A stretch of DNA of 62,069 nt, counting the filler. It is 6 parts of 6 records of this genome, joined end to end, with 100 filler letters (N's around TTAATTAATTAA, not from the genome) between each part and the next. Parts side by side here need not be neighbours in the genome. Positions count along the whole stretch, not along the records: positions 10,110 to 30,697 come from SRR31147125_3171; 5 more parts are not named here. The stretch is one strand, 5' to 3'. Positions 10,110 through 19,932 of the stretch are shown here, piece by piece; position 1 is the stretch's first letter; each line of letters starts with the position of its first letter. The notes beneath the pieces were generated by a model. It made no database searches. It was given only the letters and a program-made list of their open reading frames with translations, and was not told the DNA's origin. The position numbers and the translations under genes are program-made.

Positions 10110-11948
10110 AAAAAATCCTGGATATTTGTTGTATTTGATATACTAGCGATTATAGGTACATACTTATTGACATACATGTCACTGGTATTTATTGATTTAT
10201 CAGTGTCTTTTAGTAAATTGTTAGAGATGTTACCGTTTATTGTTATATTACATATACTGATTTATTATATACTAGGGGTTTATAAAAAATTAAATGATTA
10301 TTTTAGTTTTAATGACATGATTAAAATTAGTTTAGGTACATTTTTAACGAATCTAATCATTGTATTGTGGATGTCTATTTTTCAATTGACATTTTTCATG
10401 AGAACAACTTACATCTTTATTTTGTTTGTTGAACTTATATTAGTATCAATACCACGCATTGCAAGACGACTTGTTGCTTATGTCAAGATTAAATGGGAAT
10501 GGGGACAAGCGCTAAGTTTTAGAACAATTATCATTGGTGCAGGTGATGTTGGTGAAATGGTTGTTAGAAAAGTTTATCAAAATAAAGATTTAAATAATAT
10601 GCCTGTAGCTTTTTTAGATGATAACAAAAAGAAAATTGGTGCATATTTATCAGGCATTAAAATTGTTGGTAAAATCGAAGAGTTAGAAAGATATATTAAA
10701 GAATTAGAAATTGAAGAAGTGATTGTTGCGATTAAGGATTATCCTAAGGATAAATTAGAGCAAGTCACTGAAATTGCTAATAAGCATAGAATTAATGTTA
10801 AGTTTTTTAATGGGATGCATGGCATCGATGAAAAAACACAACAACAAAGACCGAAAATTAAAGATATTAAAATTGAAGATTTACTCAATCGAGATGAAAT
10901 TGAATTAAGTGATGAAGAAATATGTAAATTCATTAAAGATGAAGTCGTACTCGTCACTGGTGGTGGTGGATCAATTGGTAGTGAATTGTGTCGACAAATC
11001 GCAAGTTATGATCCTAAACAACTCATTATTTTTGATATATATGAAAATAATGCTTATGAGATTCAACAAGAATTGCTGAGAAAATATAAAAAAGAAAATA
11101 AACCTATTGATCTAAAAGTATGGATAGGTAGTGTTTATAATAAACATCGTGTCAAAGATTTATTTGATACATTTAATCCAACACTTGTTTTTCATGCAGC
11201 AGCATATAAACATGTACCGTTAATGGAAGATAGTGCGATTGAAGCCATTAGAACTAATGTTGTAGGTACATATAATGTAGCAAAAACAGCAAGATCACAT
11301 AAAACTAAGAAATTTGTGATGGTAAGTAGTGATAAAGCCGTGAGATCTACAAATATAATGGGAGCAACTAAACGCTATGCAGAATTAATTGTGCAAGCGC
11401 TACAAAATGATAGTGATTTTACTAAATTTAGTGCGGTAAGATTTGGAAATGTTTTAGGTTCTAATGGATCAGTCATCCCATTGTTTACAAAACAAATAGA
11501 AGATGGTGGGCCACTGACTGTGACACATAAAGAAATCACAAGATACTTTATGACCATTCCTGAAGCTGTAGGACTTATCTTACAAAGTGGAAGTTTTGCA
11601 CATGGTGGTGAAGTTTTTATACTTGATATGGGTGAACCCGTTAAAATTCTAAATTTAGCAGAACGTATGATAAGACTTAAAGGTTTAGTACCTTATGAAG
11701 ATATCGATATTGAAATTACTGGACTTAGACCTGGTGAAAAACTTTATGAAGAATTACTTGTTAATCATGATAATAAATGTAATCTAGAAACAGCACATGA
11801 GAAGATATTTATTGAAAAACAAAGAGCTGTATCATTTGAAGATTTACAATTAGAAAAAGTTTTTGATAAAGTTGATCAATATAACAATGAATCTGTAAAA
11901 GACTTTGTATCAAGTATCATAGAAACATATAAAAGAAATGGTGAATAA
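10110..11948 (+). CDS. CapD/PglF-like nucleoside-diphosphate sugar 4,6-dehydratase (5'-truncated at contig edge)
   Basis: Frame is open from 10110 (KKSWIFVVFD...); N-terminal TMs, IIGAGDVG, LVTGGGGSIGSELCRQ, FHAAAYKHVP, SSDKAV, VRFGNVLGSNGSV, GLRPGEKLYEEL. Confidence 0.93.
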   Translation, partial: KKSWIFVVFDILAIIGTYLLTYMSLVFIDLSVSFSKLLEMLPFIVILHILIYYILGVYKKLNDYFSFNDMIKISLGTFLTNLIIVLWMSIFQLTFFMRTTYIFILFVELILVSIPRIARRLVAYVKIKWEWGQALSFRTIIIGAGDVGEMVVRKVYQNKDLNNMPVAFLDDNKKKIGAYLSGIKIVGKIEELERYIKELEIEEVIVAIKDYPKDKLEQVTEIANKHRINVKFFNGMHGIDEKTQQQRPKIKDIKIEDLLNRDEIELSDEEICKFIKDEVVLVTGGGGSIGSELCRQIASYDPKQLIIFDIYENNAYEIQQELLRKYKKENKPIDLKVWIGSVYNKHRVKDLFDTFNPTLVFHAAAYKHVPLMEDSAIEAIRTNVVGTYNVAKTARSHKTKKFVMVSSDKAVRSTNIMGATKRYAELIVQALQNDSDFTKFSAVRFGNVLGSNGSVIPLFTKQIEDGGPLTVTHKEITRYFMTIPEAVGLILQSGSFAHGGEVFILDMGEPVKILNLAERMIRLKGLVPYEDIDIEITGLRPGEKLYEELLVNHDNKCNLETAHEKIFIEKQRAVSFEDLQLEKVFDKVDQYNNESVKDFVSSIIETYKRNGE

Positions 11949-11973
11949 CTGAGGAGAAATCCTCAGTTTTTTT
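11947..11973 (+). terminator. Intrinsic terminator
   Basis: AACTGAGGA-gaaa-TCCTCAGTT followed by a T tract. Confidence 0.9.
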
Positions 11974-12313
11974 ATAAATATGGAAATTTTTAATGCTAAT
12001 TAATATAAATGCATTTTCATATTAAATGTAACGATATATTTGGGTTGTTCTCCATTATTGGGATCAACCTTTTTTCATGTCCATCAGTTTTCGTCAAATA
12101 TTTACCATAGCTAACTTTACTGGTATTTATTTCTGGCAAAAGAATGTTTCTTACTTGGTTTGTATTTGCAAAGTAGTTGCTGTATTAGTCATCTTGAAAA
12201 GGATAATAAAATAGAATGCATAGTTTAAATGATGATTTTTTTATAATGTACAAGTAATTTCTGAGCTAATGGACTATCATATGATGTAAAAGTATAAAAA
12301 TATTGGAGGACAC

Positions 12314-13255
12314 ATGATAGAAAAACATCCATTAGAAGACTTGCATAAGCAATATTTAAAAGAAACTCACTATTCAAAAGAAACATATCAATTATATGAT
12401 CTAATTTTAAATCAATTTATTTACTATTTGAAAACTAAAAATATCACTTATGCACGAACATTAGATGTTTTAGCGTATCGTCAGCATTTAAGAGATAGAG
12501 GATATTCAACAAATTGGATTTATAATCAAATAGCAGCTATTAAAAGTTTTTATAAATACTTAAGAACAAATTATAAACGTCTTGGTCTTGATGATATATA
12601 TTTATATGACATCATGGCAACGATAAAGAATAGTAAGACAAAAACGTTAATTTCAAAAAATGTGATGACACCACAACAAGCTAAAACAATGATTTTGTGG
12701 ACAAAAGAACATCGAAGTGAAATCTGGGAATATAGAAATTTTGCTATTATATATTTAATGATAACAACTGGACTCAGAAGTATAGAGATTAGAAGAGCGA
12801 AAAAACAAGATCTAATCATAAAAAATAATCTATGGATTCTATATATAAGAGAAAAAGAAAATGACTCTAAATTAAAATATGTAAAAATAACAAAATCAGT
12901 TAAAGAAGCGATTGACGCTTACCTAGATTTAAGAACAGACACTAATCCGTATTTATTTATCTCTCACTCTAGAAAAGCAAACACACCACGCTTATCAAGA
13001 CATATGATTACATGGATGTTCAAAGATATATTAAGTAAGTGTGGACTTGGAGAAAGTGGTCTTACACCTCATGCGCTAAGACATGCTGCAGCAACATTTA
13101 ATCTGATGCGTGGTGGATCTGTTGAATCAACAAAACAATTGTTGAGACATGCACATATAAATACAACACTTATATATGTAGAACATATTGAACGTTTAAA
13201 AGATGATACGGAAAATGAAATTGAATCTTTTATCTTAAATGCTAAAGATATTTAA
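12314..13255 (+). CDS. Tyrosine recombinase/integrase (copy 1)
   Basis: TTGLRSIE (R), TPHALRHAAAT (HxxR), LLRHAHINTTLIY (H, Y); N-terminal SAM-like domain; GGAGG RBS. Confidence 0.93.
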   Translation: MIEKHPLEDLHKQYLKETHYSKETYQLYDLILNQFIYYLKTKNITYARTLDVLAYRQHLRDRGYSTNWIYNQIAAIKSFYKYLRTNYKRLGLDDIYLYDIMATIKNSKTKTLISKNVMTPQQAKTMILWTKEHRSEIWEYRNFAIIYLMITTGLRSIEIRRAKKQDLIIKNNLWILYIREKENDSKLKYVKITKSVKEAIDAYLDLRTDTNPYLFISHSRKANTPRLSRHMITWMFKDILSKCGLGESGLTPHALRHAAATFNLMRGGSVESTKQLLRHAHINTTLIYVEHIERLKDDTENEIESFILNAKDI

Positions 13256-13312
13256 AAGTATTACCGATGATAATTTTACTTTTCATATGAAATATATAAG
13301 GAGATATTTAAC

Positions 13313-14308
13313 ATGAACACACATCCTTTAGAAATTGTATATAAAACATATTTATTAGAAAAAGATATCACAAAAGAATCTAGAAAAGTTTATGCAATTA
13401 TTTTAAGATTATATGTAAATTATTTAAAACAGCATAAGATAGATGTCGCAACAGTAAATGATGCAAACACATATAAAGATCATTTATTTAATAGAGGGAT
13501 ATCTAATAACTGGATATATACACATATGCTTGTTTTAAAAGGTTTCTATAAATATTTAACACGAAACTTTCATAGATTTGATTTACCTGATAATTATCAA
13601 AAACACATATTCGAAACGATTAAAATAAAAAAATTAAAAATAGAAAAAGAAAAAGTGATCATGACACCAGAACAAGCCAAAAAATTGATTGTATGGACAA
13701 AGAATAATCGTAAGAAAATAGAAGACTATAGAGATTATGCTATGATTTATTTAATGATGACCACAGGTCTTAGAAGCATTGAGGTCAGAAGAACTAAACG
13801 AAAAGATTTAGTGCATAAGGAGCATACTTATATTCTATATGTTCATGGCAAAGGAAGATTAGACACTGATGCATATGTAAAGATTGCAAAGGGTGTGGAA
13901 AAAGCAATTTTAGATTATTTAGATAAAAGAATTGATAAAAACCCATATTTATTCATATCACATGACAAAAAAGCGATTTATCCATATTTAGGACCCCTGT
14001 TTATAGGTGAGATGTTAAAAAAAACATTAAAGTTATGTGGCTTAGAACATACAAAAATTACTCCGCATGCATTGAGACATGCTGCAGCTACTTTTAATCT
14101 TATGCGCGGGGGTTCCATGGAATCAACGAGAAAACTACTTAGACATCAAAACTTAAATACGACACTCATTTATACCCACCACATAAGTAGAGAAAGAGAC
14201 GAATCAGAAAAAGAAATTGAAAAGTTTATTTTAAATGAAGAAAACCCCTATTTATATTATGCATTTATTAAGTATTTAGAGATGTCTTTAATAGATAATT
14301 CTCATTAA
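13313..14308 (+). CDS. Tyrosine recombinase/integrase (copy 2, paralog of copy 1)
   Basis: TTGLRSIE, HGKGR, TPHALRHAAAT, LLRHQNLNTTLIY; AAGGAG RBS. Confidence 0.93.
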   Translation: MNTHPLEIVYKTYLLEKDITKESRKVYAIILRLYVNYLKQHKIDVATVNDANTYKDHLFNRGISNNWIYTHMLVLKGFYKYLTRNFHRFDLPDNYQKHIFETIKIKKLKIEKEKVIMTPEQAKKLIVWTKNNRKKIEDYRDYAMIYLMMTTGLRSIEVRRTKRKDLVHKEHTYILYVHGKGRLDTDAYVKIAKGVEKAILDYLDKRIDKNPYLFISHDKKAIYPYLGPLFIGEMLKKTLKLCGLEHTKITPHALRHAAATFNLMRGGSMESTRKLLRHQNLNTTLIYTHHISRERDESEKEIEKFILNEENPYLYYAFIKYLEMSLIDNSH

Positions 14309-14410
14309 GCAATTTAATAGATTGATATATATATATAAAATATACCACCCATCTTTATCAAACTATATGATTTATGGTAAAATATAATAAAAAATTAGGG
14401 ATGGGAAATT

Positions 14411-15667
14411 ATGAAAAAAATATACGTAATGATATTAATAATTTGTGTCATGATATTATCAAGTTGTAGCATAACAGGAGATTACAATGAAGTTGAAAAA
14501 CCACAAACATTAAAAGAAGCTGTAGCTACATATAAAGAAAAATTAGATCATATTCTTGAGGATGATGCTACAACTTTAGCCTCAAGAAATAATAAATACT
14601 ATAATGATACGCCATATGATCCTGATGATATGTTAGAAAAACAAGTATATATGGATGTTTACGAGCAACAAGTGGATCATTCTTTTGAAGTCCATTTAAC
14701 CGATTACCTAAGTATTTACAAAACATTACTTGCTGATATAGACCAAGTATTAAATGACTATGAAATAGAAGAAATAGAAGTTGAAATGGAAATAAAATAT
14801 GATATGAATGAAGGACTAACAGCACAGGTATCGTTTTCTAAAGATTTTGGTGTTGTCATTAAATTCCAAATGCCAAGCATATTTGGAAATGGTATTTATG
14901 AATATGCAATTAAAACTGGTTATGAAGGAGATATTTTCTTTGTTAAAGAATTAAAATCTAGACAAGATTCTAATCATTTTGATTATTTTGAATTTAGAGA
15001 AAACCACTCTTTAATCGATATTTCATATACTGATGAAAAAAGTTATCATTATTCATACATAAATCAAGTCGATGAGACAACATTTGACCTATATATAAGC
15101 GAAAATTCTTATGGTCCAGATGCTTATCGCCTACTGTGGTATAATCCGGAAACAAGAATCATGACGATTTACGGTAATGGTTATGAACCTATTAAATATT
15201 TCGCATTATATAATGATAAAGGTATAGTATTTAATTATACAGACTACTTGGATGAAACAATTAGTCTTTGGTTTCAACTTTTGGAAGCAACCGGGTGGGA
15301 TCATGCTTATTTAGATAGCAATGCACATCGTTATCAGGGTGTATATAAAGATGGACAAATGCTTTTTGAAGAAGAAGAATATAGACAATTCAATGTTGAT
15401 TTATATCCAGCATATAACATAGCTAATGTTAGTGTAACCATAGATCTAGCTAAAAGTGATTTAACAAATGAAATCTTAAACTTAAATGCTTATGATATGA
15501 CATTTAATTATTCTGAGATTACACGAGATTATATTAATCAAACTGTTGATCGTTCGTATGATGAAAGTAAAGAATTAGCCATATATCGAGGTATTGATTT
15601 TTATGGTGCTAACATATATGATCAATTCATTGATGTCATTGATAGTGATTTACTATTTTTAGAGTAA
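14411..15667 (+). CDS. Hypothetical lipoprotein
   Basis: MKK + hydrophobic stretch + LSSC lipobox; acidic, Tyr-rich mature region. Confidence 0.75.
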   Translation: MKKIYVMILIICVMILSSCSITGDYNEVEKPQTLKEAVATYKEKLDHILEDDATTLASRNNKYYNDTPYDPDDMLEKQVYMDVYEQQVDHSFEVHLTDYLSIYKTLLADIDQVLNDYEIEEIEVEMEIKYDMNEGLTAQVSFSKDFGVVIKFQMPSIFGNGIYEYAIKTGYEGDIFFVKELKSRQDSNHFDYFEFRENHSLIDISYTDEKSYHYSYINQVDETTFDLYISENSYGPDAYRLLWYNPETRIMTIYGNGYEPIKYFALYNDKGIVFNYTDYLDETISLWFQLLEATGWDHAYLDSNAHRYQGVYKDGQMLFEEEEYRQFNVDLYPAYNIANVSVTIDLAKSDLTNEILNLNAYDMTFNYSEITRDYINQTVDRSYDESKELAIYRGIDFYGANIYDQFIDVIDSDLLFLE

Positions 15668-15692
15668 ATGATAGTTTAATAGATGATAATAT

Positions 15693-15720
15693 AAAGCCAT
15701 ACATTTTCGTATGGTTTTTT
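15693..15720 (+). terminator. Intrinsic terminator
   Basis: AAAGCCATAC-atttt-CGTATGGTTT with T tail. Confidence 0.7.
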
Positions 15721-15850
15721 GTTTAATCATATACACTTTATATCTAAGACCATAGTGTATTGTTTCCAATGATATATCTGAGTGAAGATATATGATAATA
15801 AAAAAATATCACCTATTTATCTATTTTTAAACGATTTTTACGTATGAAAC

Positions 15851-15879
15851 TTTACAAAAACATATGTGAGTAGTATAAT
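15851..15879 (+). promoter_or_regulatory. Sigma70-type promoter for the AAA ATPase gene
   Basis: TTTACA-17 nt-TATAAT, upstream of the AAGGAG RBS. Confidence 0.6.
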
Positions 15880-15905
15880 GATAAACATAGGAAGGAGATT
15901 TCAAT

Positions 15906-17063
15906 ATGAAAATTCTGAAAATTAAAGTATCTGGTTATAAACTCTTAGAAGATGATTTTGAATTAGATTTTCTAAATAAAGCAAGAGTTAGTGCAAATGA
16001 TAAAGAAGATGAAATTATCGAACTACTGGATAATCTTTATATGCCTACAACAACTGTTTTTACTGGTAAGAATGCAAGTGGTAAATCATCTGTTTTAGCT
16101 TTATTAGAATTTGTTAATGAAATATTTTACAAAGGACGAGTTACTTATAATAAAATGGATTTTAGAAATGAATCGATTAATATTGAACTCTATTTTTTAT
16201 TAAAAGAAACAATATATAGATATAGTGGTACTGTGTCAGCACCTAATATCAATTTTTTAGAGAAAAATAAGTATTGTACATTTTCAAATGAAGTATTATA
16301 TTCAAGAAAATATTCGAAATCAAATGGGAAAAAGATTTTAGATGCAAAATTTGATATTAATGATAACTACAGTTCAAATGTTGCAGATACATCTATACTT
16401 TATAAATTAACAAGTGGTAAACCATATATGATCAATACGAACAGTTGGACTTATAGTTCAAAAATATCAACGATTTTTGATTTATTTGAAATGCTTAATG
16501 TTAATGAGAAGCTTATATTGAAAATTACTAACATATTTGATGATAGTATCAAAGCGTTTAATTATGACAAAAATAGAGAACTCTATAGTATTGAATTAGA
16601 AGGATTAGCATTAAAAAAATATAATGAATCAGAAGTCGCTAAATTGCTTTCTGATGGAACGAAAAAGGGGCTAATCTTGATTGGATTAACAATTGCAATA
16701 CTTAAATATGGAGGAAGTCTCATTATTGATGAAATAGAGAATAGTTTCCATAAAAATTTAGTCGAAAATATCATTATGATTTTTAATGATAAAAGAATTA
16801 ATAAAAATAAGTCTAACTTAATTTTTAGTACACATTATGTTGAAATATTAGATATCTTTAGAAGAAGAGATAACATCTATGTTATGCATAAAGAAAAGTT
16901 TGTTACAAACTGTAACTTATATGAAGATTATGATGAAAGAACTGATTTAAACAAGAGTAATCAGTTTAATAATAATACTTTTAAAACCCTTATCAATTAT
17001 GAGAAACTGATGGATTTGAAGAAAGAATTGATTCGTGAAATATCTCATATTACTAGAGGGTAA
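15906..17063 (+). CDS. ABC/AAA_21-type ATPase (RloA/AbiEii-like)
   Basis: Walker A GKNASGKS, signature LSDGTKKG, Walker B IIDEIENSFH, IFSTH. Confidence 0.85.
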   Translation: MKILKIKVSGYKLLEDDFELDFLNKARVSANDKEDEIIELLDNLYMPTTTVFTGKNASGKSSVLALLEFVNEIFYKGRVTYNKMDFRNESINIELYFLLKETIYRYSGTVSAPNINFLEKNKYCTFSNEVLYSRKYSKSNGKKILDAKFDINDNYSSNVADTSILYKLTSGKPYMINTNSWTYSSKISTIFDLFEMLNVNEKLILKITNIFDDSIKAFNYDKNRELYSIELEGLALKKYNESEVAKLLSDGTKKGLILIGLTIAILKYGGSLIIDEIENSFHKNLVENIIMIFNDKRINKNKSNLIFSTHYVEILDIFRRRDNIYVMHKEKFVTNCNLYEDYDERTDLNKSNQFNNNTFKTLINYEKLMDLKKELIREISHITRG

Positions 17064-17784
17064 TACAGAAAAAGCATTCTTATCAACATATTCAATGAAT
17101 TTTGACTTAGATAATTTTATTTATACTACAGATATAGTTGGTTCTAAAGAGTGGGTTACAGTAATGCAGCCTACAATTGAGGGAGTAGAAATATATTCAA
17201 CAAATCAAGAATCATTGGAATATTTTGTTACATCGGGTGATTATCTAGAAGTTATGTATTCACCGAATTGGTTTTTAGAATCACCAGATTTTTCTTATGA
17301 AATATATAATTCAAACCAGTTTATCTATAGAATGAACAATGATTTGGGAAATATAACTTATCAAATCCCTATGTCTTCAATTGTAGGATGGACAGATGTT
17401 GAATTTACAAATGATTCAAAATGGGGAGATAACGATTTATCATTTAGAGTTAGCAAAGATGGAGTAACCATTATTGAGAACTTAGCTACTGAATCTCAAG
17501 TAGCAACCGAACCAGCATGGATACTGTCACATGATTATAAAGTGTTTTTTGATAATCAAGGTGATCTAGATTATGTTAATGCTTCAAACACAATTATTTT
17601 AAGAATTGATTCAAGAAGCGGATTAGAAGCATTTCTAGGTGCTGAATTAGCATATAGTGAATCAACTGATTTTGAAGAATATTTACGTATAAAGATATAT
17701 ATTGAAAATTATATATTTTTAAATTATCAAGATGATAATGAGAACTTTGATGAGATATTTTCGAAGTTTAATCTATATGAATAG
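17035..17784 (+). CDS. Hypothetical, probably chimeric ORF (TOPRIM-like first 16 aa fused to an unrelated acidic domain)
   Basis: GTG start overlaps the ATPase 3' end; begins MKYLILLEGNTEKAFL, then changes composition. Confidence 0.5.
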   Translation: MKYLILLEGNTEKAFLSTYSMNFDLDNFIYTTDIVGSKEWVTVMQPTIEGVEIYSTNQESLEYFVTSGDYLEVMYSPNWFLESPDFSYEIYNSNQFIYRMNNDLGNITYQIPMSSIVGWTDVEFTNDSKWGDNDLSFRVSKDGVTIIENLATESQVATEPAWILSHDYKVFFDNQGDLDYVNASNTIILRIDSRSGLEAFLGAELAYSESTDFEEYLRIKIYIENYIFLNYQDDNENFDEIFSKFNLYE

Positions 17785-17829
17785 TATAAATTGGATTCAC
17801 TTATTTAATGCATTTAAGAAATCATTTTT

Positions 17830-17858
17830 GGATGCGGTAGTATCATACCGCTCCTTTT
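17830..17858 (+). terminator. Intrinsic terminator
   Basis: GGAtGCGGTA-gtatca-TACCGCTCC + TTTT. Confidence 0.65.
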
Positions 17859-18148
17859 AATATAAATATTATGACGAATAAATCTTTTATTCATTAAAAT
17901 ACATATTATATTGTGGAAAAAACTACAATAGAGTCATTATCTCGAAATGTAATGATGAGTATGTTTCATAATAATTTTTTAATTAGTGGACACAAGGTGT
18001 TTTGGTAAACAGTTGAGGTAATAAGGTTTCTGAACCTAAAAATACAATTATCAAATCTAAAAACATCAAAGAGCGTAAGGAAATCAACAATCAAAAAGCA
18101 TTTAAGAGAATAAATTTTGATAATAAATATTATGTAGGAGGATCAAAA

Positions 18149-19495
18149 ATGGAAAACAATAATATATTGTATTTTATAACATATGAATACAGAACTAAAG
18201 GTTTTCTGATGTTTTCAGATGTTATTTTTGAAGAAAATTATACGGATGCTCAAAGAAACTATGCTTCCATAAATAAAAAATTAAAAGATTACTTTAATAA
18301 AATTAAAGGTGCTAAGAAATTAACTGATGAATATAATGATTTGAATAACTTAGTAAAGTTTAGCGATTACTTAAATAATGTATTTGGTAATTCTTTAAAA
18401 GACAACAAGCAGAATAAAGATAACATATTACTTGAATTAAATAATCTACTAGATTCGAAAGGTGTTACTCATTATGCACATATTACGAGTACTGATAACA
18501 TTGATTATTATGAACCTTACAGTAAATATTCAGAAAAGAATTACATTTATAACATACCAAAATATGTAAAAATAGTTTTGTTTAGAATACTAGAAGCAAA
18601 AACACTGAATAATTACATCTATGATTACATGAAAAAGACTTTTCGTAGTATTCAAATTGAAACATTACAGTATAGCAAGAATGTTGAATTAAGAGTTTAC
18701 AAAGATAGTATACGTAAAACTATTTATTTTGCTAAAAACCTTGAGGATATAAAAATAATTATAAAGGAGTTAGCAACTAATGGTTTTAACGCAAATTATT
18801 TTAGGGGACATTCTCAAATCAACTTTCCATTAGTACCAGGTATATATAGAAGCAAAATAATGGATCACGAAAACGAGTTATCAGAAGCAATAATTAATCA
18901 TCATTATAGAGAATTTAATAGATTGAGATTTTTCCCAGATTATTTATCACTATTACAACATTATGGTACTCCCACAAGATTGTTAGACATTACATCCGAT
19001 TACAAAGTAGCTGCATATTTTGCTTCATTAGGAAATAATAAATTTGGAGAAATATTCCTTTTTCAATTTTCTGATGACAATGTCGTTATCTCTAACGATA
19101 GAACTGCAAATATATTGTCCTCAGTAACACTAATGGATAAAAAAAGCAAACTATCGATTGAAGATAGAAACAAATTTTCTACATTAAACAAAGCTTTTGT
19201 TAAAAGAGGATATCTGAAGTTACCTGATGATATAAGATTTGAGGAATTTCAGGATTACAAAATAATATTGGATAGTTTTTCAAACAATAGAGTCTTTGGA
19301 CAAAAAGGATCATTTATTTTATTTGGTATAAATTTCCCCAAAATATCTATACAAGATCAAGTAACAAAGCGAATAATAATAGTAGATAAATTTAAAATTT
19401 TAGAAGAACTTGAAAATAGAAATATCAATCAACTATACTTGTTTCCAGAACTTGATAAAACCTGTGAATATTTTAAAGCTAAATATTCAAAATAG
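18149..19495 (+). CDS. FRG-domain protein
   Basis: YFRGHS...LVPGIYR, LQHYGTPTRLLDIT, NNRVFGQKGSF, LFPEL; AGGAGG RBS. Confidence 0.88.
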   Translation: MENNNILYFITYEYRTKGFLMFSDVIFEENYTDAQRNYASINKKLKDYFNKIKGAKKLTDEYNDLNNLVKFSDYLNNVFGNSLKDNKQNKDNILLELNNLLDSKGVTHYAHITSTDNIDYYEPYSKYSEKNYIYNIPKYVKIVLFRILEAKTLNNYIYDYMKKTFRSIQIETLQYSKNVELRVYKDSIRKTIYFAKNLEDIKIIIKELATNGFNANYFRGHSQINFPLVPGIYRSKIMDHENELSEAIINHHYREFNRLRFFPDYLSLLQHYGTPTRLLDITSDYKVAAYFASLGNNKFGEIFLFQFSDDNVVISNDRTANILSSVTLMDKKSKLSIEDRNKFSTLNKAFVKRGYLKLPDDIRFEEFQDYKIILDSFSNNRVFGQKGSFILFGINFPKISIQDQVTKRIIIVDKFKILEELENRNINQLYLFPELDKTCEYFKAKYSK

Positions 19496-19870
19496 TATTA
19501 TTTAATCTTCGCGCTAATATATAAGAAATATCTACTATATTTTAAATATAATAAGTCACGATTTGTATATGTGTTAGGACATTTAATCAGATGGTTACAG
19601 AGCATTAGAAACTATAGTGATTACTTGCATAACTTGGTTCGTTTTATTTTATAGATTTCTCTATTCAATGTAAACCATATCATAAATGCTTTATAATCTT
19701 GGTGATGGTATATGAAGCATCTAGTATAGTTCTATTAATCATGTAAAGGTTGGATTATTGTTAAGTTGATAATTCCTATATTTACTGTAGCAATCTATAC
19801 TTAAAAAGTGTAAGAAATTCGTAAATGATAGACAAGCGATTCAATATCTCAAAGAAAAACTAAAAATAAC

Positions 19871-19921
19871 TTGAAAAAAAGACTCTTTTCGTATAAAATA
19901 GTATTATTCAATAACCGAACA
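19871..19921 (+). promoter_or_regulatory. Sigma70-type promoter of the polysaccharide operon with possible operator
   Basis: TTGAAA-17 nt-TAAAAT, then imperfect palindrome TATTCA-N5-CGAACA just before the regulator gene. Confidence 0.45.
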
Positions 19922-19932
19922 AAAAGGCGGGG

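Noticed and set aside
12277-13290. TCATATGA-containing imperfect inverted repeat flanking recombinase 1
   Set aside because: Short, AT-rich and gapped; expected by chance at this base composition.
12314-19870. Integron (integrase plus co-oriented cassettes)
   Set aside because: No IntI-specific insertion recognisable, no attC-like RYYYAAC…GTTRRRY palindromes, and genes have their own promoters and terminators.
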